9,405 bases of DNA from Azolla caroliniana (Eukaryota > Plantae > Polypodiophyta), in contig JBHGNT010001363.1 in the NCBI GenBank assembly GCA_043228905.1, positions 1 to 9,405 of the forward strand. The letters run 5' to 3'. The position numbers and the translations under genes were made by a program. Below the pieces are notes generated by a model. It was not told where the DNA came from, searched no databases, and worked only from the letters and a program-made list of their open reading frames with translations. This document shows, piece by piece, positions 1 to 7,042 of the stretch (its first letter is position 1; each line of letters begins with the position of its first letter).

Positions 1-753
1 ATCATTCCTATTGGAGCAGAAATCATCACCTCTGATACCTTCCCGACTGTTGGAACGTCTGATAACACAACTCTGAATGTTGCATCTTTTACCATTACAA
101 TTGTGATCTCTTCTTGTGATACTATTCCGATTATGATCTCTTTTTATGACACCATTCCGGGTGTGATCTCTCATTTTGATGCTGTTATGGTTGCACTCTA
201 TAATTACAGCATTCCGATGGCAACAGAAATCATCGTCCCTGATATCATTGCTACGCCTTCGAGAGGCCTCTAATGCAACTTTCTTACCCTTCCGAAGAAG
301 AATCGTGGCATCTTCCATCATTCCCAAGTGATAACAAGCTTGGCCCAAGATCAAATACCTCCATTCCAACCGACTATAAGCATCTCTTTCACTATTAGTT
401 TTCTTACCGGAAGAGGATTTTCTCCTGAGGAGTGATGAATGGATGCAAAAGCACTTCGTCGAGGTTTTTGCTTTTGCATTGAGTTTGTCGAGGCATTCAA
501 CGGGGTTATTCTCATTGCCATTGTGGTTGAGATTGGTATTGTTGTTCAGACTAGGAAGGAATGGGTGCAGCAAATCCACAACCTCTTTGAAGCGATTGAA
601 GTGTAGCAAAGCTCTGGCTTTGAGCTCTAATGGCTTCTCCCAATCGGGGAGAATCTGAAGGGCAGAGTTGAGGGAGGAGATGGCATCCTCTGCTTCTTCA
701 CAGAGACCAGAGGAGAGGAGCTTGGTGGCATTGTGGAGGTGGGCCTCGGCAAT
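1..753 (-). CDS. Exon 2 (3'-partial) of a plant TPR-like / DnaJ co-chaperone, AT2G47440/AT3G62570-like family
   Basis: 251 stop-free codons from the acceptor TTGCAG|ATT to the window edge: IAEAHLHNATKLLSSGLCEEAEDAISSLNSALQILPDWEKPLELKARALLHFNRFKEVVDLLHPFLPSL...TKCFCI...EWRYLILGQACYHLGMMEDATILLRKGKKVALEASRRRSNDIRDDDF... The motifs LELKARALL, KCF and WRYLILGQACxHLGxMEDA match the family as I remember it. The J-like domain is expected beyond the window and is not seen here. Confidence 0.9.
   Translation of the reverse strand, partial: MAEAHLHNATKLLSSGLCEEAEDAISSLNSALQILPDWEKPLELKARALLHFNRFKEVVDLLHPFLPSLNNNTNLNHNGNENNPVECLDKLNAKAKTSTKCFCIHSSLLRRKSSSGKKTNSERDAYSRLEWRYLILGQACYHLGMMEDATILLRKGKKVALEASRRRSNDIRDDDFCCHRNAVIIECNHNSIKMRDHTRNGVIKRDHNRNSITRRDHNCNGKRCNIQSCVIRRSNSREGIRGDDFCSNRND
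91..180 (-). repeat. Coding 30-bp tandem repeat, 3 degenerate copies (IKMRDHTRNG / VIKRDHNRNS / ITRRDHNCNG)
   Basis: The minus-strand core AGAGATCA(C/T) recurs at a 30-nt period, in frame within exon 2. Confidence 0.85.
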
Positions 754-793
754 CTGCAAGGAGGGGAAGGAACATGGGGTTAAGAGAGAATCA

Positions 794-890
<97 letters not shown>

Positions 891-912
891 GAGGCCTGGG
901 GAAGCAAATTAC
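754..912 (-). other. Spliceosomal GT-AG intron 1 (159 nt, phase 0)
   Basis: Starts GTAATTTG on the minus strand and ends with a pyrimidine tract TTCCTTCCCCTCCTTGCAG. Removing it gives a continuous reading frame. Confidence 0.88.
797..886. repeat. Perfect (GA)45/(TC)45 microsatellite inside intron 1
   Basis: 90 nt of uninterrupted GA dinucleotide, read directly. Confidence 0.98.
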
Positions 913-969
913 CTGAGCTTTGCCAAAGTAGCCATGGCGCTTGAGGAAGGAGATGAGGGGAAGAGGCAT
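913..969 (-). CDS. Exon 1 of a TPR-repeat / DnaJ-domain-family protein (MPLPLISFLKRHGYFGKAQ, 19 codons)
   Basis: ATG at 969-967 and 57 nt open, ending at a canonical donor CAG|GTAATT (intron starts at 912). It joins exon 2 in phase 0. The short basic N-terminus before IAEAHL resembles my recollection of the family start (..WWLRNKK-IVDKY..). Confidence 0.8.
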
Positions 970-984
970 TAGAATGTAGAGGAT

Positions 985-1102
985 ACAGAGAGATACAGAG
1001 AGATACAGAGAGATGGAGGGCCAGTACTAGTAACACCACCATATATCTGTAATCTGAATGTATGTATATGGTCCCTTTCTCTGTATCTCTGTATCTCTCT
1101 GT
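985..1102. repeat. Inverted repeat built from AGATACAGAG units, just upstream of the ATG
   Basis: 985-1011 (acagagagatacagagagatacagaga) is the reverse complement of 1078-1102 (tctctgtatctctgtatctctctgt) apart from a 2-nt bulge, giving a 25-bp stem with a 66-nt spacer. Confidence 0.85.
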
Positions 1103-1253
1103 TCTGTCTCTGTTCTCTCTGTTCTCCCTGTCTCTCTCTCCCGCCTCGTCATGCTCTGTTTCATTGCTTCAATTTTCTTTTATTTTCCATAATTTGTTTG
1201 TTCTATTTATCGATTGATTTTCCGCAATGTGAAGGGGGGGGGGAGAGACAAAG

Positions 1254-1302
1254 AACGCAAAACGCAAAAAGCAAAAAGCAAAACGCAAAACGCAAAAAGC
1301 AA
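1254..1302 (+). repeat. 7-bp tandem repeat AA(C/A)GCAA x7
   Basis: aacgcaa aacgcaa aaagcaa aaagcaa aacgcaa aacgcaa aaagcaa. Confidence 0.9.
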
Positions 1303-1363
1303 AAGACCCCATCGCCCATCATCATGCATCGCCTCTGTTCTTCGCTTCTTCTTCTTCTTTTTG

Positions 1364-1730
1364 GCACGTGCGAATTCACCCCCTCTCCCATGTTTATATT
1401 TCTCTTGCGGAAGAAGTTTTTGTTTTTGTTTTTGTTTTTTTTTGCGAAAGAGGATTTGCATTTCTTGCTTTTCGTAGGATTTGCGTTTTTGCTTTTCGTT
1501 TTGCGTTTTGCTTTTCTTTTTGCCTTCCTTTCACTCGAAAAGCAAGTTACTTGTTTACATACCTCGAATTTTTAAAATAAATTTATTTTTTCCCCTTTAA
1601 ATCATATTATTCCAATTATTTTTCCGTCCGGCCACGTCATTTATGTATTTATCCGGCTTTTGATTGAAGCCTGCTTTATTATTTTTATTATTTATTATTT
1701 ATTTTTGGCCCAATGGGAGAACGCCACGTC
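1364..1730 (-). promoter_or_regulatory. Cluster of ACGT-core bZIP/bHLH-type cis-elements in the putative promoter of the TPR/DnaJ gene
   Basis: G-box palindrome GCACGTGC 1364-1371, TGACGTGGC (minus) 1631-1639, GACGTGGC (minus) 1723-1730 and site II TGGGCC (minus) 1707-1712. All lie about 400-760 bp upstream of the ATG. These are motif matches only. Confidence 0.45.
1481..1514 (-). repeat. Degenerate inverted copies (TTGC(G/T)TT) of the 7-bp repeat at 1254-1302
   Basis: ttgcgtt 1481-87, ttgcttt 1489-95, ttgcgtt 1501-07, ttgcttt 1508-14. Confidence 0.7.
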
Positions 1731-2284
1731 CGTCATCCGCTGCCTGTGTCTCGAAATATTCTATTTTGTTCGGCCTTGAATTATTTTTTTATGTCGCGTT
1801 TAAATCAAAAATAAAATGTGATGGAAAAGCTCCATTTTCTCATTTCCCTCCATTTTTTGTAGATTTTCTTTTCTCTTGCAAACCAAAAGCAAAAGAAAAA
1901 GCAGCAAGCTTTTTCTGCTTTGTGTCCAAAGCTTTTCTGGCCAACTAAACCACAAAATTGACACTTCTAGGGCTTTAACGTTAACGTTAATGTAAAGTTC
2001 GAATTAGAAGAAGAATAAGAAGAAAGAACAACCAATACAAATTACTTCTCAAGGTTTGGCCTCCCAGAGATTTGATCCGAAATCGCTCTTTTTTACGCTT
2101 TCCCTAGGAAAATAGAACAAAATCCGTGGTTTTCTATGCTTCTCTTTTTGGGGGGATGTAAAGTTTTATTTATTTTTAAAACCCATCAACTTGTTAGTGC
2201 TTTGATCCCTGGTGGTGGCCAGTAAAGACAATCATACGTTTTTAATGCTTCATTTCGACCCGAAAAGTTGTCCCGTCTCTCTTG

Positions 2285-2307
2285 CCCCCCCCCCCCCCCC
2301 CCCCCCC
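2285..2307. repeat. C23/G23 homopolymer
   Basis: 23 consecutive C on the + strand. Confidence 0.95.
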
Positions 2308-5300
2308 ATGATAAGGAAACCGCGGAATCTCGCCCACCATCTCTAATTTAGCTTCTTTCTTTTACTTGAAAACAAGCAAGCACAACACAATTCAAAACAC
2401 ATATAATGTCTCTTTTCCACAAGAAAGGTTGGACCCTGTCCCACGGCACACTAGTAGGTGCAAACAGATGGCCAAAAAGGGACCGGAGAGAGATTAAGAA
2501 TGTTTGGCTCCTCGTGTGACCAACATTGCCACAACTCACACAAAAAGAACTTTTTTTAAGGGAGTTTGCACGCACGATTGGCGCGTTGTGATTCAGATCC
2601 CACTGACCATCAAGAGGAAGAGATTTGCCCATATGGACCCCACTCAACATCAAGTGGGGATTCCCCATTTGGCTCCCACTCACATGAATCACATCGCCCC
2701 CCCCTCCCTTTCTCACATGTTATTACACTCACTCTTGCAAAGATGTTAAAATAAATGCCAATGAAGAAAAAATATGTCCATGTTCTTTCGTTGTAGATTT
2801 TACTTCAATACCAATGTGTGTATAGGTTGTTGTCTACGTTACAAATTTATGAAACTCCACAGATTCGGCTCTTTGTAATGTAATTGCTATATACTTTTCA
2901 TTCACATTATTATCGAAGGATCCTAATTTCATGGCTAATATTGCACGAGAATTACATACCCATGAAGTGCCTTGGATATTGGGTCCTCGGTTATCATAAG
3001 TGAAGGAAGATTTTATAACTAATATTTAGTGTCCCAATAAGGGTATATTTTGAGGTCACAACTATGATTACATTTTATCGAGGTGAACATTGAAACAAAA
3101 ATTATAAAGAAGTTTAACATAGATATTGTCCAACTTTTACTATTTAATGTACTAGCGTCATGGTAGTAGCACTCAAGTCTCTAAAATGGTTTGGGATATA
3201 ATTTGACTTGGCTACAATAGAGAATGAAGAAATTCTTGTGAAAGTTGCATCCTCAAGTGGCTATATTATTGAAATAGCAGGGCTTTCTACACAATCATGC
3301 ATGATCAATATCAATATTGATGTGAGATCCTTCAAATCATAACTCGAATCAAACGCTTTCAAGACAAATGAGACATTTCCATGAAATTTAAGATATATCC
3401 AAGACATTCAAATTGTTTACGAATTAGGTAAATATGAACTCCATGTGATTTTGTAAATGATTGACTCCAAGGACATGTTATTATCTTGTGGTAAATATTG
3501 TAGAGTGGCTTTGCAATTTTTCATTTGTTATCAATATTTAAGAATATATGACATTCAAAGTAGACTAAAGACGGGAAATTATGAAGTCTAGGAAATTATG
3601 TGAGCAATATTTCGAAGTAGAAAATGTAATTTGTGATTGGTCTTGATGTATTGTTTTCAAAGATGTCAGATAAAATGGATCTAGTGGTACAATTGATATG
3701 CAAGATGCAAATTATGCAAAGGGGAAGAAATAATTGATTGACAAAGTCCTTCTTTGAAACTTGGAAATTCTATTGGAGTCACATGCTCCACACATGCTCC
3801 CATAAGGAGAATGGCACGAAAACAAACAACTCATTATGAATTTTTGTGGTAAAAAAAGGAGATATTCACATTCAAATATCTTAGAGGGAATGAAACAAGT
3901 GATTCTTTTAACAAATTTCCAATCATGAATTCTAACTTCTACTCTAGATGTGGTATGATCAATGTGGATTCTAGAGTTATCATACATTTGTATCATGGGA
4001 GAGTGCTAGTTGCAAGAAATCACATTTCTATTTTCCCTTGAATAGTCCTATGGTATTAGTAATTCTACATTCCTAACTCATGCGTAGTAACGCGAATTCT
4101 ACCCAAACAACTTGTTCAAGGACAAGGTTTAAGCTAGCATAGCCAAATGATACTTTTTCATGATACTTGTAGTGATGATAAGCTTCCATTTCAATCTTAT
4201 TTAACCGAGTTGTCATCAAGGTGTGACACTAGTAAAACGAAAGGAAAATTAACGTAACAAACTTGGTGCTATACATGCGATTTACTTAAGGTGTCGAGAT
4301 CACTTTTGCCAAATTAAACTAGTAAAAAGGACGAAGCTAAAACATTCCCGAGGGGTATGTATGTCATGTCTAGATAGTTTTTTTTTGCGCATAAGCTATC
4401 TTTTAGGAATATGTATTTCCACTTGCAAAATGCATCATTGTTGGGGCAAAGATCTCGCGTATATCAATAGTTGAGAACTCTAAAATGAACAAGGTTTTCC
4501 TTAGCCCTAGACTAAAATATTCTGTCATAGCCTAAGTACACATATGTTTCCGCCATTAATAGCCCACAATATTGTTGGCACACATGTGGAAATAACAAAC
4601 TTCGAGTGTTGGGAATATCTTTTGGAAAAGGAAAGGATGCCACTTGAAAGCCCACTCCATCAATAAAATGTTCAGTTAATTCATGCAGCGCATAGTTTGC
4701 ATCTAGTTTAATTATTAACATTTTTGTTTTGAGGACTAGTAAAATCAACCTTCTTAGAATAGTTTAGGAGGTACAACTAACACCCTTGAAAATTGAGCTC
4801 ACACAACTTTTGGGATTATGCACATATACTATCTATTAGATTGTCCTTGCTCTACATAATTATTCCATATCGAATGTTTTTTCTCGTCATTTTAACCTTT
4901 AAAATGGAATCTCTATTTGTAAATTAAGCATTGTTAGTGAGGGGCACATGTCCACCAATTCCACTATATATCCTTTGATCAAGAATTCCAAGAAGAAAAC
5001 ATATAACGTAACAAGTTGCAAGAATCATTATATTAAAGGATTTCCATAAATCTCGTAATCCTACCTGTACATAGTTGTAGTTGTAGAGATCAATGTAGTT
5101 GAGAGCTCAAAGCACTTCCATAATGTTGAACTGTAAATGGAAAGAAAACCTAAAGGTCTTGTGTTTAGGGTTTTGTTAATGTTATCACATGATAACATGT
5201 TTCCCAACGTAGCAATGATACAATCTAGGGTGTATTGTTTTGTACTCTATTGCCTATATTTGGTTTAATAGTTGACGGATAATTTTTGTCACTTTAATGA

Positions 5301-6272
5301 ATCACATGAAAGCTTTTTAGAATAGTGCACGTGCATCTTTCAAATGGACTTCTCAATGGCGTTTTTATTTTTGTATATTTGACTATAGATATTTCTATTA
5401 GTATTGTGGGTGGAGTTGGAAAATGTCTACTTCTAAAGAGGTAGAAAAACTAATAATGGAATCCAACATCTCATAAACTTCAATTTTTTAGTTAGAAATA
5501 GGTGAGTTACTTAATTATGTGCTTCAATTTACTCTTTTCTCAATCATATGATGTTGTTATATTCATCAATAAATAGATTCTCAAGATTAGGGGTTATTAG
5601 AGGATGAGATATGGTTGAGTACTTTAGGAAACGTGAAACATTAGCACAACACAAGATAATTGATGGTGATTAGAGTAGTCCTTGGTTGAACTTACACAAA
5701 TGGATCATGAGGAGGAACATCACATTTGCTATTTGTTGTTTTTCCTCTCATATTGCATGTGTTGGGATTTCCTTCCTTTTTAAAGATCCTTTTGCTGTTG
5801 TATCCTCAATTGAAGCTTCTTACATGAGTAATATCCCATTCAATTCTAGGTTTTCAACATTAAGCAAATTGGGCAAATGTCTCCATAGCTTCAACTTCAA
5901 AATTTTCATGCATAATAACATGCAATTTTCTTCTTTTGGTAAAATTTGCAAAAAACAAACCAACATCAAGGAGTAGGCTTAACATTGAAAGAAAACATGT
6001 AAAGGAATTAGTGTACAAAAGAAAAATTGTTGGTTTACTTTTTCTCGTTAAAGGGATTGAATGAGAGTTTAACAAACATTGTGGCCATACCAAAGTTCTA
6101 TAGGAAAACAAGTGGCATGAAGGACACATGAAAACTTATATTATCATGTCAAATGTTTTGTCACATCATAAAAACCAACTTACAATCATGCAATGATGGC
6201 TCGACTATTACCTTAAGTTGGAGAAAAATGACCTCGTTTACCCTATTATTTAGTCAAGATTGTTGCATTATA

Positions 6273-6384
6273 TTACTATGGTAGTTTTCTCATAAGTTAT
6301 GGTTGTCATTAATAGTTGACTGGGTATTGGTATTGTGATGGATTATAGCTTTACTATCGTATTTTGCTCATAAGCTATGGATGT
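6273..6384 (+). repeat. 34-bp direct repeat, two copies with starts 78 bp apart
   Basis: 6273-6306 ttactatggtagttttctcataagttatggttgt versus 6351-6384 ttactatcgtattttgctcataagctatggatgt, 29/34 identical. Confidence 0.8.
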
Positions 6385-7030
6385 TTGCATACTAAATTTA
6401 GGGTACCATTGCTATTTAACATAATTCTGCACTACAATACTTTTCTAAGAAGTGATGGGGTTCTGATGTTGTTATCTACACATCCTTGCATATAATATAC
6501 AAAAACACATTTGATCATTATCAAGGGCAATCCTGACTTATGCATACAATGTTGACATCCACATGACCAATACACTGGAGTGTCACCAAGGCTAGACTAG
6601 TTTACCTTTTAATTATGCTTAACAATGCTTCATTCTTTTATTGTTTCATGTTCTAAAATGGTTCTCCATATGTAAACTTGGAAAGATAATGTTTAATCCA
6701 CAATAAATGGTGTCATAGGGGCACACACAATGAGTTATGATATCAACATCTACACATGCAATTTAGGCGAAAACTTGCAATCAATTATATTGTAAACTTG
6801 CAATTTTGCAGTCACGCCTTGCACCAAACTTGTGAGGCTAGTATGTGGTTTGATCTAGGTCTAATGTTCTTCAATGAGAGGGAAACACATAGAATAATTT
6901 TAGCTTACCCAAGGGATGCCTACTCTCTTTGTTCTCATCTATAAGAACTCTTGAAATGCTGTTCAAACTATTTATTGAAAGGCCACAATGTTTATGTATG
7001 AATTAACCTCTCAATTTAATGTATGACATC

Positions 7031-7042
7031 AAATTTTTCTGT
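7031..7042 (+). repeat. Candidate left target-site duplication of the LINE (right copy at 8590-8601)
   Basis: aaatttttctgt (7031-7042) versus aagtttttctgt (8590-8601), 11/12 match. The right copy abuts the A-rich tail. Confidence 0.55.

Noticed and set aside
791-912. Poly-SL tail of track ORF 791-1042
   Set aside because: Read-through into the intron microsatellite; only the spliced uORF version is considered.
443-916. Plus-strand ORFs 443-658 and 668-916 (poly-ER)
   Set aside because: Antisense shadows of the TPR exon; the ER run is just the (GA)45 tract translated.
1203-1210. ATAAATAG on the minus strand as a TATA box
   Set aside because: Non-canonical (preceded by G rather than T), and other TATA-like words exist nearer the ATG; the TSS cannot be placed from sequence alone.
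1198-1948. Six overlapping Phe/Leu- or Lys-rich ORFs that look like membrane or basic proteins
   Set aside because: They arise from stop-poor A/T tracts and 7-bp repeats in the promoter, and have no domain motifs.
2434-2455. ccctgtcccacggcacaCTAGT resembling a Helitron 3' end
   Set aside because: The hairpin is too imperfect, and no matching 5' TC end or Rep/helicase remnant was identified.
2348-2754. Three short overlapping ORFs and a small hairpin (ccccact/agtgggg, 2638-2659)
   Set aside because: No recognisable motifs or splice structure; consistent with chance in a locally GC-richer patch.
2900-4050. Stop-poor stretches including ORF 3712-3996
   Set aside because: In the frames I translated I recognised no protein family; possibly old TE debris, but I cannot support a call.
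5166-5198. Telo-box-like TAGGGTTT and the palindrome atgttatca-ca-tgataacat
   Set aside because: Isolated, AT-rich and far from any gene start; expected by chance.
5686-6129. ORFs 5686-5976 (+) and 5860-6129 (-)
   Set aside because: Short, without motifs and interrupted by stops in neighbouring sequence; no gene model can be supported.
6273-6384. 34-bp repeats with a 44-bp spacer, superficially CRISPR-like
   Set aside because: Only two degenerate copies, no cas genes and a eukaryotic context; a simple local duplication.
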